From assembly GCF_001194135.2 (NCBI RefSeq), contig NC_068982.1, forward strand, positions 14,716,575-14,780,574: a stretch of 64,000 bases of DNA. The letters are read 5' to 3'. The translations under genes and the position numbers were made by a program. Below the pieces are notes generated by a model. That model searched no databases. It was given only the letters and a program-made list of their open reading frames with translations, and was not told where the DNA came from. This DNA is from Octopus bimaculoides. Lineage: Eukaryota. Below are positions 40,160 to 53,190 of the stretch, piece by piece (the first letter of the stretch is position 1; each line of letters opens with the position of its first letter).

Positions 40160-40929
40160 GCAAGCATAAATATACATATATGTATATATGTATGTCATTA
40201 TTCAGTTTTATTTCAAGATTTCTTGTCAAGAGAGAAAGAACAGGTTTCTAACCTAGATGCAAGATTCCTTTATTGGAATTTCAACAATATCAACAGAACA
40301 TTTTTGTATGTATGTATATATATATGTGTGTATATATAATCTATATATATATATATATATATACGTATGTTCAGATTTGTATGTTTTGTTTTATGTAAGT
40401 ATTTTCATGCATATAGTGGCATGTATAGACAAGCTCATAAGTATGCATGTATGGATGTATATATTGTATGTATTGAATCTATTTAACAGGGGTTCCCGAA
40501 ATGAAGTTAATTTACCTTGAAGGAATAAATGTATACATTCTGGATTTGTACATATCTAAAAAGATATTTTTGTGGTTACTTTCAACTACTATTTCAAAGA
40601 ATTTAAGGTTGAGGGGAAAATTTCAAGCCGGTTTATTTTGTGAAGGAATACAAATTTTTAGATTGTGCTTTTGTCTGGAAATAACATTGTTGAGACATTT
40701 TGATTATTATTTTTTTAACTCTTGTGTGGGGTGAGGTCATTATGCCAGTAATAATTAACACATTCAAGCCAAATACAGAAATTTATTGTTATTATTATTA
40801 TTTGAACTTAATACTGTTTAAAAATAGTAATTTTAATTTCTTACTAGTCAGATGATTTATTATGGTAGAAGTTAGACTCAAATTAGTGAACAAAACAGAT
40901 TATTGGTAAATTTATTTTCCATAAATTAC

Positions 40930-41022
40930 TAGGGGGTTGGGAATCCCTACTCCAGGAGAGTTTGAATTCAGCACTGCAAGATAATGAAAGACTTGTCCAT
41001 TATACGGTGCAGATACTGTTGA
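40930..41022 (-). CDS. Candidate internal exon STVSAPYNGQVFHYLAVLNSNSPGVGIPNPL (phase 0-0)
   Basis: GC-elevated unique stretch; acceptor atacttacag, donor CTA|gtaatt; phase-compatible with 60086-60175. The same DNA also reads as a plus-strand exon at 40956-41024. Confidence 0.35.
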
Positions 41023-41086
41023 CTGTAAGTATTGAATTAATCTGTACCTCCTGATGGTACCTATTTATAGCAAGATGGAAAGTAGT

Positions 41087-41314
41087 TAATCCTTTAGCAT
41101 TTGAACTGGTCATATCTGGCTTAAATATTCTACCTGTGTTATGTTTAAACCGACCATATCCTACGTTTCACGCCTACCCTACAAGGTCATTCTCAAAATA
41201 AACAATCACATCAACAAAATCTTGAAGCTACAAGATAATGCATGGGTTAATTCAAAACAATGTGAATAAATAAGCATTACATTTGACAAAGTGATTTGAA
41301 TGTTAAAGAGTTAC
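41087..41314. mobile_element. Second TTAA-flanked MITE family
   Basis: ttaatcctttagcatt...tgttaaagagttac; homologous to 46402-46631. Confidence 0.55.
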
Positions 41315-44110
41315 ATGTATTTACTGGGAATATAAGACAATGCCAATGACATGGAAAGTTTCACCAATAGACAGGTAGCTTCCTTGTTTGGCTGGCAGAG
41401 AAAGACTTTAGTTATTTATCATAGATAAAAAAAGAAGCTGAGGCAGTTTCATAGCTCTGATTCAAGGATGTTATCGTGAGGATATGAAATTGAAGTTCTT
41501 CTCTTGTTAAAAATGCTTTATACCTTAGGGCAACAAATAAACATTGATTACTACTAAAATAGTTTTGTTAAATAATACACAGAGCAATACAAACATACTT
41601 TTATGTTAATGAGAGATTAGTGGGGAAAAAACAAAAGGGAAAAGAAACAATATCGAAAGAATTTCGCACTGAAATGGATTGAATTGTCTATAATCAATAG
41701 ATATTTAAAAGCAAACTGATAATTTAAAGCAAATATTATTTTCAAAGCCTTCATAAACAAACAACAATAATAACAATAACATTTTCATAGTGGACACTTA
41801 GTATTTATTTGCAACAAAATGTGGAACAAGGCATTCACTGTCTTTTATTATTATTATTATTTTTATTTTCAACAGAAAAAAAATTGCAAGCAAAATAAAC
41901 TGAAAAGGATGCAAATAAAGGAAGAAACACAAAAGAAAGAAAAAAATAACCAAAAAACAAGCAGACACAAAAATGGTATTTTAATACAAAGGTGTGCAGA
42001 CAAATTTCCAATACAGTGCTCCAGCATGGCCTTAGCTTTTATGGCTAAAACGAAGTACAAATCTATAAATAATTAGTTATTGCTGTATAACTTATATTAT
42101 ATATTGATTTTGATGTTAGAAATAAGAGAGTATTCTTTGGTAAACACACTATTCTTTGATTTCAGAATCAATACAAATCAGGATCTTAATTTCTGAGTAA
42201 AACTAATGATAATAACTATCTATAACAAACTATCATGAAACACTTTTGTAACAACAGAGAAGCAAGTATTTCCTAAGCAGCAAAAGGGCTCTTCAGAGAC
42301 AAAGCTTAGTTCCAGCAACTGGATGAGAAATAAGGTACCCTGCTTGTCACAGCTAACAGATTCTCAACAGCTAGGTGAAAAAAGACAATGTAGAACAATA
42401 GAAATGTCTTCTGTAGATTTGGAATTCATAATTTTCCATCAGATAGCCTGACACATAAGCCATCCAACCATTTTGCAATATCTCATTACTTAATGTTTGT
42501 TTTCCATGCTGGCATGGGTTGGAGAGTTTGACAGCAGTTGGCAAGCTGAAGGTCCCCACCAGGCTCTAATCATCTGTTTTGGCATGGATCTACAGCTGGA
42601 TGCCCTTCCTAATGCCAACCACTTTACATAGTGTATTGGATGCTTTTTACATGGCACCAACACCAGTGTTTCATATGTGATGCCGGCATGGATGCTTTTT
42701 ACAATATATCACTTGGCTCATTCACTGGTGAAGAGCACAGCTATCTGTGTGAACTGATGCGAATTGGCGGCATTTTATAAGAACGGTAAAATGAAAACAA
42801 AAAAAAAAACAAAAAAATACACCTGAACAATTTTTATTAATTTCTTTTTTTCCTTTGATGTTTTGTAGAAATATGGGAGAAAATGTTTTTTTTATTTGTT
42901 GCATCAAAGGAAACTCCTTCCATTACACACAGCTGCCATTCTTTTGTTCAATCATTCGATTTTTGTGATTCAGTTAACACAAAATAATTCTGATAGTGTT
43001 AACAAATAGGTCAGTGTGGATTCACTTTACTAATGGTTTCAAATTTTAGCACATGGCCAGCAATATTAGGGGACGGGGGTAAGTTGCTTACATTGACCCC
43101 AGTGCTCAACTGGAACTTATTGTATGACCCCAAAAGGATGAAAGGCAAAGTCAACTTCAGTGGCATTTGAACTCAGAATGTAAAGCTGAAAGAGATGCCT
43201 TCAACATTTTGTCTGATGTGCTAATGATTCTGCCAGCTTGCCCCCTTTATAATATAATGGACTCTCCCGTCGAAGATGACATATCAGTTTTCTGCTTTTA
43301 CCGAACAACCTGCACAAATGATTTGTTTATGGTGATCAAATCAGATGTTTGTTCATAGTGATCAAATCATGGTACACTGTGTACCTGAACAGGTGTACGG
43401 TGTACCATGCCTCAGGTGTCAAAGTAATCACAGAGCAACGGGAGATGAAGTGTTTTGCTCAGGAACACAACACACCACCCAGTCTAGGAACTGAAACCAC
43501 ACTCTTGCAATCATGAGTGCAACATCTCAACTTCTAGGCCATGCATCGTAGTATAAGAATACTAATACTACTACTAATGATAATGGTAATTGTTCCTAGC
43601 ATAGGAACAAGGCCTGAAATTTTGCAGGAGTTGGGTTAGTGGATTCCATTAACTCTAGTACTTGACTGGTACTTTATTTTATCAATCCTGAGAGGATGAA
43701 AAGCAACACTGACCTCAGTGAGATTTGAACTCAGATATGTAAAGCTGAAAGAAATGCCACTAAGCGTTTTGTCCAGAGTGCTAACAATTTTGACTGCTTG
43801 CCACTTTGGATTCCTGATTCTAGTGACAGACAGTTAATGAATACTAATTTCAAAAAAATTCTTTTAAAACACATATCTTTGGATATGTCCATTGTTTATG
43901 AAAGCCACCCTAAATTGAAAATAAGAAATAACAGAACTCTTCTCTGAACTCAACAATAATAGTGTTAAACCTGTGGTACTCAACCGGGGTCTATGTGATC
44001 TTTGGAGGTTCATATAAGATTTTGTTAAAATTCATGTGCAATAAATTGTTTATACTTCTTCGATACACAAAATATGCTAACAATTTCTGTTATACAATTC
44101 TTAATACTAT

Positions 44111-44339
44111 TTAACCTTTTCATTACTGTATCTATTTTGAGATGCTCTGTGTTTCTTTCAATAAATTTTAAATATAACAAAGAATTTAGTAAAATAACTT
44201 AGTTATCATTCAGCTAGTGTTAGGAGCATAAATTGTGACTAAGGTTTGGCAGAAGATTTTAATTCAGAACTTTTGAAAACAAGACATTTGTACTCAGAGC
44301 CAGAGGTAGTTTCAGGTGGGTTTGTATCAAATGGGTTAA
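44111..44339. mobile_element. piggyBac-type MITE, copy 1
   Basis: ttaa|ccttt...atggg|ttaa ends; near-identical to 44352-44579. Confidence 0.65.
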
Positions 44340-44351
44340 ATTAATCATTTG

Positions 44352-44579
44352 TTAACCCTTTTATTACCATATTTCTGTTAAGATGCTCTGTGTTTCTTTC
44401 AATTACTTTAAATATAACAAAGAATTTAGTAAAATAACTTAGTTATCATTAAGCTAGTGTTAGGAACATAAATTGTGACTAAGATTTAGTGGAAGATTTT
44501 AATTCAAAACTTTTGAAAACTAGACATTTATACTCAGAGCCAGAGCCGGTTTCAGTCAGGTTGGTATCAAAAGGGTTAA
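44352..44579. mobile_element. piggyBac-type MITE, copy 2
   Basis: ttaa|ccctttt...aaaaggg|ttaa (TTAA TSD, CCCTTT TIR). Confidence 0.7.
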
Positions 44580-45624
44580 TTACAAAATCATAATAGGATT
44601 TTTTAAACATTGAATGGCTATGGGGGTCCCGTAGAGTAAAAAAGCAATCAAAGGGGGTCCATAGTCAAAAATTGGTTGAGAAACACTGTAGTTAGAAAAC
44701 AGAAATACAACTGTACCTTTTCTCTATATAACTATGCTAATTGACTACATTTTTGTCATTCACTAGTGGGTTTGTTTGAGCAGTTGCAGTCAAACAAAAC
44801 ATTCAGTGATTAGTTATTCAGTGCTCATGTTATTTACAGCAATGCGCTAAATATCCTTGTGGAACCCATTTATTGTATTTTTGCTATTAACAGCTCAGGG
44901 CATAACAGCTTCATAACTATGATATTTTTAACTATATGAAAATAGTTCAAAATACCATATGGCTTTCTTATTTTCTTTTTTCATATTTTTTCTTTTTGCT
45001 TTTTTTTTTTCCTTTCAGAAAATGACAGTGATCATTATATTCTGAAAACTTATAGTATTTGAATTAATGATAATTTATTTCTATATCGTAGTATATGCAA
45101 GTGCATTCATAATTTTGACTTCTCTGCAGTCAATGTGTGCATGTGTGTGTGTGTGTATGTGTATGTGTGTACATTTATCTTTATATATATGTATGTAGTG
45201 ATCATAGTGAAGTCAATATGTATGCGTTCTCTCCTGTTTTTAATTATTTCAAACCTTCCCCCTGAGGAAGGAGTTGGTTTCTAACAGAGATACAAAGCTC
45301 CATTGTTGGAATGTACATAACACAAACAATGTGACATTATAAAACTTTAGAAAAGTCTTGCACATTTTTACTGTTCCACTTACAGATAGTATTTGTAATG
45401 TGCGAGTTAGTTGGTTGTACATATGTATGTACACATACATGTATGTATATGTGCATGTATGTATATATTCCAATATATAGGCCAACCACTCATTGTTGAC
45501 TATCACTGATAAGTAAAAGGCAAGCAAATAGCTAATAATCATACATTTGGGTTGGATATTTCTCCAAAGACAGTACTTTCTTCAAGTTTATATGATACAT
45601 ACATTTTAGATATATAATACATAC

Positions 45625-45690
<66 letters not shown>

Positions 45691-46150
45691 GATATGGTTA
45701 TATTGTCTAATGTATTCTTACCCAGTTTAAAACATTAGAAAATGATATGAAGGAAATTTGGCTGTTATTTCTGCAGATCAACTGACTATGCAGGGGCTTT
45801 CTCTTATTGGCTCAAAGGGAACTGTTGTTAAGTCCCAGATCAGCTCTGATCAGACTTATGACAAAGAGTGTTACAATCATGACCGTCCTGTTGTCTTCAT
45901 GGTATATTAGGAACTAGAATGTCAAGTATATACTTCATTTAAAATAGCAGGACGTGATTTGAAGGATATTTGGCTGCTATTTTCAGCCAATCAAGAAACT
46001 ATGGAGAAGCTCCTTCTTTTAAACATTCAATGTTTAGAAAAAGGAGCTCATATATAATAACATCACCATACATAGAGGAAAGTATTATTAGAGAGTTGTA
46101 ATGCAGGCAGGCAGACCAGATGATACTCTCATGTGCCTAAAAACAACACA

Positions 46151-46204
<54 letters not shown>

Positions 46205-46401
46205 CCCTCTCCCTTTCTTAACTTTCTAGTTCATTCTTTCAGAAGGGCAGTTCGTACACGAAGCAGTGTGATGTATGGTTGCTTAGGGAGGATGCAACAG
46301 GTAGGACTGTCAGTGTTTTGGTTACATAAACAGATATACATACACAAGCTCCATTTTAATAAGGATTGATTGTCCTGTATTTCAAATTATACATCAGTCA
46401 A

Positions 46402-46631
46402 CTTAACATTTTCGCATTTAAACTGGCCATATGTGACTCAAATATTCTACCTGTTTTATGTTAAGGCTGGCCAGATCCAGCCTCTCATACCTACCCTACA
46501 ATGTATTTCAAAAGATACACAACCACATCATTGAAGCCTCACAGCTACAAAGTAGTGAATGATTAATTTCAAAGCAATGAATAAACAAACATTACATTTT
46601 GACAAAGTAATCCGAAAGTCAAAGGGTTAAA
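46402..46631. mobile_element. Second TTAA-flanked MITE family, second copy
   Basis: ttaacattttcgcatt...caaaggg|ttaa; shares aatattctacctg and cctaccctacaa with 41087-41314. Confidence 0.55.
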
Positions 46632-46754
46632 CTAATAAAAAAACTAATAAAATAACAAGAATGGCTTCTTACACAGAAATATGTTCACTGACTGGGATGA
46701 GGGGATGGTGGTGGTGAGAATAGTTAACTGATAACAATAACTGATTGGTATATT

Positions 46755-46970
46755 CTTTTCTACTCTAGGCACAAGGCCCGAAATTTTTGTGGAGGGGGCC
46801 AGGCAATTAGATTGACCCCAGTACGCAACTGGTACTTAATTTATCAACCCCGAAAGGATGAAAGGCGAAGTCAACCTCGGTGGAATTCGAACTCAGAACG
46901 TAATGGTAGACAAAATACTGCTGAGCATTTTGCCTGGCATGCTAATGGCTAAGCCAGCTCGCCACCTTAA
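46755..46970 (-). mobile_element. SINE family C (tRNA-like head), representative copy
   Basis: Minus strand aaggtggcgagctggc...gagttcgaattccaccgaggttgacttcgcctttcatcctttcggggttgataaattaagtaccag. Other copies at about 38085-38265, 43040-43245, 43595-43810, 47790-47880, 48262-48487, 48515-48605, 50100-50275 (all minus) and 63240-63445(+). Confidence 0.85.
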
Positions 46971-47936
46971 CCGACTGGTATATTATTTTATTGTACTGAA
47001 AGTATGAAAGTAAAGTCAACCCTGGCGAGATTTGAACTCTAAACTTAAAATGATAACTAAACAACTCAAGAGCTGTTCTGCCACTTCCACAATTCACCAC
47101 ACTAATGATGATATTTTCAAACTTTAGACAGCCAAGCCTTTGAGAGAAGAGTACAATTGACTATTTCTTTCCCAGGACTTAAAAAAGGTTTTGTTTTTTT
47201 TATTCTATATCTCTTTGCCACAAGAGGGGTGAAAAGTTTATTTCATATGGTGAGACTGGAATTCAGAACATAAAAGGACAGAATAATAATAATGATTTGA
47301 AGTGTTATCATGTAAATGTTTTGCTTTGGTGTAAAAGATGGGCTACAGCAAATATTCTGCTCAATACCACAGATTTGCTTGTCAGTTGCTCGACCATGTC
47401 CCTTAGTGGCTAACAATATGTACATCTCTGATCAGGAGCAGGAGTAATAGGGGAGCATCATAGTCATGTGTTGAAAGGGATTTTTTGAATAATTCACCTT
47501 TGGAAACATGGGTGTTTCATTCATAATCCTTAAACAACCCTTATTCAGGGACCATTTGAGCAGGATGGGCTACTTGACCTTAAGAAAATTCTAACTGGGC
47601 CCCACCTGCAAGGTCAAGTACTGTTTATCTTGATATGAGATCACCCTGTCATGTACATAGGGTTGTGCATATGCCTGGTGTACCCTTATCAGACAGGCAG
47701 TCATGATGGGTATATTGGGCTTCATATATTTATACCCCAGTGTCACTTTGGTGGCATGCATTGCTCTCTCACTCAATAATAATCCTTGCTACTAAAGGCA
47801 CAAGGATTGAAATTTGCGGGGAGGGGACTACTCAATTACATCAACCCCAGTGTTTCACTGGTACTTAATTTATCGACCCCAAAATTAACATTTCTGCCAA
47901 CTCACTGCGTTAATAATAATAATAATAATAATAATA

Positions 47937-48229
47937 ATGGAAATAGAGATAACTCGAATGTGGAATCTAAAAACAGAAACAATTCCTATCATAGTAGGTG
48001 CCTTAGGTATAATAAAAAAAATATTCAGACAAATACATAACAAAAACACCAGGACTTACAAATATATATAACATACAGAAAATTGCACTACTGGGTACTG
48101 CACACATTCTACGCAAAACACTTTCAATACAGTAAACATAAGAGCACCACAGCAAACCACAGCACATACCCAAGGCGCACAGAGCTGCGCTCGGTAGTGA
48201 AGTGAAAGCACATTATAAAAATAAAACTA

Positions 48230-48235
<6 letters not shown>
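47937..48235 (+). mobile_element. 5'-truncated R4/Dong-like (RLE) non-LTR retroelement 3' end inserted in (TAA)n
   Basis: Translates as EIEITRMWNLKTETIPIIVGALGIIKK, then a frameshift in an A-run, then YSDKYITKTPGLTNIYNIQKIALLGTAHILRKTLSIQ*. (TAA)n tracts flank both sides. Confidence 0.8.
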
Positions 48236-48262
<27 letters not shown>

Positions 48263-50552
48263 CCTTTCTACTATAGGCACAAGGCCTGAAACTTGGGGGA
48301 AGAGGACTAGTCAATTACATTGACCCCAGTGTTCCACTGAGTGTTTCACTGGTACTTTATTTATCAACCCTGAAAGGATGAAAGGTAAAGTCGACCTCAA
48401 CGAAATTTGAACTCAAACGCAGTTATGGTTGAAATACCCCTAAGTATTTCATTCAGCGTGCTAACGATTCTGCCAGCTTGCCACCTTAATAATAATAATA
48501 ATAATAACGATAATCTTTTCTATTATAGGCACAAGGCCTGAAATTTGGTAGGGAAGGAGTTAGTTGATTACAATGACCCCAGTGTTCAAATGTTACTTAT
48601 TTCATGTTCGAATCTGCCAGAATTCATTAAGAATGAATAGATACATTGTTGTTTGGGTTTTGGCTGTTCTGTGTGCAACCAATAAATTATTATTTTACTA
48701 AATTCTCCATTATTTTCAAAATTAACTGAAATAACAGCAACATATTCAACAGAAAATATAATGATAAAACAGTTAAATTCATGTTAACTTTGTTTCTTTG
48801 CCACCAAAAACATATGCTTCTCATCAATTCAAAATAACATGGAAACATGAGATAAATTCCATATGTATATGAATTAGTTTGGCATCAATGTGGGAGTCCC
48901 TACACAGTAATGCAACCTGCTAGAAATAGCAGCAAAATACCTCTTAGCTCTCAGACTTACAATCTCTAGAAATGAATATATTAAGTAATGTAGTCTGAGA
49001 TAAACTATATCTGAAAAGATGGGATAGTCACAGCTGGAAGATCTTTCATCATAGGTCTGCTTGCTCAGAACTGATCTAATGATAAACAACAACAGCAATA
49101 TCCGTTCGGCTGCAGAAAGATTTCGTTGAATTTTTAAAAGATATTCAATATGTTACATGAGATAAAACTTATCTTTAAATATGTATAAACAATTTCCACA
49201 AGTATATAAATAGCTTTCAATTCTTACAGTTTTGTATTTAGTAAAGGTGAACACTACAGAGTAGATATTAACTCTCGACAAGCCAATTCTGTGATATGGT
49301 TTCAATTATTAGTGGAATCCATTTAAATTTGGTTACATTCTTCACACATTTGGGGGGAAAAATATAAATATCACAACTTCCTAGTATCCATAGCTTGTAA
49401 ACCTTGTGCCGATATAAGATATCTAAAGAAATCAGATAATGTTTAATGAATATTTTTGAAAATGATCTTTAATTCCTCCTTCATTTAATCACTTTTTTAT
49501 TAACCTTATTTTTCTTTGGGCATATTCGTCGATGAAATTCAGTAATTCTCAAAAAATTGTACACATACTTGAAAAATAAGTAAATGGAAAGTTCTAAATA
49601 ATCTATCCAAACAAGTGCAGAATGTTTTTGTGATCTACTTCAGTATGTTCTGATGGATGAAAATGAGTAATTTAAAAGAAATTTTACATTTCATAACATG
49701 CATTAAATGGCAGGGTGGGGAGTGAAAAATTCTAACATACAATATCCTGTAAATGAAGTAGGCATCTTTTAAAGGTTAAACACCTTTGCTGGTGACAGCT
49801 ATTTTAATATGCAGTCAAACTGGTTGGTATCAGCCTTATAAGAAAAGTATAATCAAATCCTATATTGATTTTTAAACATAACTACAAAGCTTCAGATTTA
49901 AAGGAGTGAATTGGAATGGGTTGTCTATGTTCAGTCCACTGTGGGACAAAGACCTCAGCATGTTCTCCCCACTAACCATAATCTTTTGTGCAGACCATGA
50001 ATTTGAGCTTGAGACCATACTGCTTTGAAGAGCCTATGCTGCTACACTGGCTCAACATGGCTTGGCAGAGGGGTGCAGTTTTTTTTATACTCTTACCCAG
50101 GAGTAAAGTTAATAACATAGACCCCAGTGCTCAACTGATACTTATTTTATTGACCCCAAAAGGATAAAAGTAAAGTCAGCCCCAGCGGAATTTGAACTCA
50201 GACTGTAAGGACAGACAAAGTTCCTCTAAGCATTTTTTGCCTGACATGCTAAGAGTTTTGCCTGCTCACCATCAGAACAGGGGTATAGTCATTAAAATTA
50301 ACCTCAGTACTAGAGTGGTACTTATCTTATTAACCCTAGAAGTCAATCTCAGTAGGTTTTGAACTCAGAACATTGAAAGTGCTCAAGTAAATACTACAAG
50401 AGGTTTTGGCCTTCACTCCACTGATCCAGCCAATTCATATGAAGCATTGTACAATATCTGAATTTATCCTTGAGTCTGGTGTAGCCATCTGGTTCGCCAG
50501 TCCCCAGTCAAATCGTCCAACCCATACTAGCATGGAAAGCGGACGTTAAATT

Positions 50553-50583
<31 letters not shown>

Positions 50584-51219
50584 ACAATAAGCATTTGAGG
50601 GAAATATTTTCCCCAAGATGGGATGACAGTCATCTCATACTCAAGGGAGACTCTGACAACAACATTGAGGTAATGAAACAGCAGATATACTCATAAATCT
50701 CAAACTAATAAGGAAATGTTTTTGAAGACACAGTACCTCCTAGAAAAAGCAGCCAAATCCTCAAAATCACATTCTATCATCTTAAAAGAGTGAAATAGAT
50801 ATATTAGATAATGCAATTTTAGATACCCCTTAAAAAGTAGAATGGTTACAGCTAGAACTATTTTGATCAGAGGTCTGCTTGAACAAGATTAACTTGTGAT
50901 ATACAATACCAAAGCCTCCTCAATTCTAGCAACAATATCAAGAAATCAATTTATAGCTGTATGTATGCCTAAGTAAGCTGTACCTTTGCATAGTACATAT
51001 ACACTGTCAAGTAAAACTGTGAGCTAAATATCTTCATTAATGACAGTGTTAAGTGATATGTGAGATAAGCTATAAACCGGTGACCCCTTGACTGATAACC
51101 TTGGCAGCCTAACAGTTTAACCTATCACAATTCTTGTTATTCAGTTTTATTCAATCATTATTAGTGCAACAGGCATTACGTTTGTCGAGATTATTTTTTA
51201 TTTTTCTTTGATTGATCAG

Positions 51220-51308
51220 TCACTAGGAGAAGAACGAATTGGTCGACATATCTCTAACTGCAACAAACAGTTGATAAGAATTATTGGATACCTGAAGTCT
51301 GTTACTAG
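51220..51308 (+). CDS. Candidate internal exon SLGEERIGRHISNCNKQLIRIIGYLKSVT(R)
   Basis: Very strong acceptor (ttttttatttttctttgattgatcag), donor TAG|gtaatg, open frame phase 0-2, unique sequence retaining CpGs. Confidence 0.4.
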
Positions 51309-51365
51309 GTAATGTGTAGTAGCTGTAACAGAGTAGAATGCATATAGAAGCAGAGTGGTTTAAAC

Positions 51366-51700
51366 TGGTGGTTCTCAAACGGGGTCAGTATGGTTCCTGG
51401 GGGGGTCCATGCAAGCAAAATAGTAATTTAGGGATCAACAGTATTATATTAAGGATCCTTGAAAAAACTTTGCTTTAGATGTATTTATTGCAAGAAACAG
51501 CCAGGTTTCTTTTTCTAACATTTATCATACTTCAACATTTTCTTGCTAAATTATGCAAGTGAACATGTGAAAAACTAAACAGGGATTTCTAAAGCAATAT
51601 CTATAAGACTAGTTTTTTAAACATCGAACAGCCACGGGGTCCACCAGCAAAAAATAGTAATTAAAGGGGTCCATAGATAAAAAATGGTTGAGAACCACTG
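51366..51700. mobile_element. hAT (Charlie/Buster-type) MITE, copy 1 of a tandem pair
   Basis: Ends tggtggttctcaa...ttgagaaccactg; 8-bp TSD gtttaaac (51358) and gtttaaat (51701). Confidence 0.8.
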
Positions 51701-51708
51701 GTTTAAAT

Positions 51709-52016
51709 CAATGGTTCTCAAATGAGGTTTGTATGACCCCTGGTGCTCCCTGCAAGACTTTTCAGAGTCCATGCAAACAAAATAGTAAAATGGGGATCCA
51801 CAGCAGTATTCTAAGGGCCTATGAAAAAATGTTACTTTGGATGTATTTATTGCAAAAAAAAAACAGCTTGGTTTCTTTCCTTAGTGTTTTACATATTTCA
51901 CTCTACACAAATTAATATGTGACAAATGAAATAGGGATTTTGGAAGAATGCTATGGTGGTCCAACAGAATACATTAGGAATCAAGTCTATGGATAAAAAA
52001 TGGTTGAGAACCACTA
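51709..52016. mobile_element. hAT MITE, copy 2 of the tandem pair
   Basis: Ends caatggttctcaa...ttgagaaccacta; flanked by gtttaaat on both sides (51701 and 52017). Confidence 0.8.
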
Positions 52017-52266
52017 GTTTAAATGGAAGTGTGAGCTATGGACGACAGCCATACTTTTACACATAAGCATTGTAACATGTCCTTCACACTCAACCACTTT
52101 TAAGATTTTTAATCTAATAAACAGACGGTCAACTTTTTTTAATACAGATCATTGGTATAAAGAAGTTATAATGTTGCACTGTAACTTTGTATGTTAAAAG
52201 TTATAATCTATTAACATGTTTTGGCATGGTAAAATGAAAATATATTAAGAGGATACGACTTTAAAA

Positions 52267-52625
52267 CATCATCGTCTGTTGTCCATTCTGGCATGGGTTG
52301 GATGGTGTGATGAGAGCTGCACCAGACTCCAGTCTGATTTAGCATGGTTTCTTCGGCTGGATGCCCTTCCAAATGCCAACCACTTTACAGAATGTGAGCT
52401 AGGTGCTTTTACGTGGTGCCGCACAGCACTTTTACGCGGTGCCACATGGGTGCTTTTACGTGGCACCACACGGGCACATTTACGTGACACTACACAAGAG
52501 CTTTTATGTGGCACTGCACGAGCACTTTTACACGACACCACACAAGTGCTTATACATAGCACCACATAGACACTTGTATGTGACACAACCACAAGTCCTT
52601 TGCACCACCAGAAGGACCGGTCTTG
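52267..52625 (-). mobile_element. SINE family B copy with an expanded internal ~24-bp minisatellite
   Basis: Tail catcatcgtctgttgtccattctggcatgggttgg, then about 8 degenerate units of cttttacgtggcaccacacgggca (52400-52590). Confidence 0.75.
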
Positions 52626-53190
52626 ACACTTCTGCTATAGAGTATGGGTCTTGCAGCTCTAGTAAGGTTAAACATTATCAGTTGCACATACATGGTGTAT
52701 ATGCTTTGTTTATATTCCAAATTTGCTGTAGGGTAACATTCAAGGAAAGCTCACTACATTAAAGAACACTGAATGTCTCAGACCAAGCAAGACAACTTAC
52801 CTCAGATAACCAAGAATGGCAGATTCTGGTTTCACCATTATCGTGGTTTATCAATACCATGTATTTGAATCATCTTGAAGCAATGTGAATCACTGGTCTG
52901 TGACCTATATGCAAATAGATTGAAGTCTATTTGCTGGTGTGCTGAGGCATAGCACACACGAAAGTAAATCAAAATACAAATTATAAGCAGCTCTAGTTGA
53001 CATCATAAGAATTTTTATAAACTTTGATAAAATATGAAATAATTCTTTTTTGGAGTAGTGGATCTCAAAGCTAATAAACATGTAAATTATAGCAGGTAAA
53101 TATTGGGTTAAAAAATTCCTTTGGCTAGAAGTCAAAAGGGCAGCCTTCAATTCTAACCCAGTATTATCATATACCGGAATACAAGTAAAT

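Larger units (their letters stand above)
43971..44688. mobile_element. hAT MITE interrupted by two piggyBac-type MITEs
   Basis: Ends ctgtggtactcaacc...ggttgagaaacactg; internal sequence similar to 54879-55458. Confidence 0.65.

Noticed and set aside
39934-40339. CMYV/HTYI/VCVC repeat ORFs (also at 11186-11512, 12351-12570, 25564-25895, 56568-56816, 61078-61393)
   Set aside because: Translations of (TATG)n and (GT)n microsatellites.
41869-42060. Minus-strand ORF LYFVLAIKAKAMLEHCIGNLSAHL as a possible exon
   Set aside because: Contains a 16-nt SINE-A tail match (gtgctccagcatggcc), has no clear donor, and runs into a T-rich tract.
52269-52762. ORFs of 96-119 aa
   Set aside because: Translations of the SINE-B internal minisatellite.
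52905-53150. 81-aa minus-strand ORF (YLPAIIYMFISF...) that looked membrane-protein-like
   Set aside because: No acceptor AG at the expected position; AT-rich hydrophobic frame could be chance.
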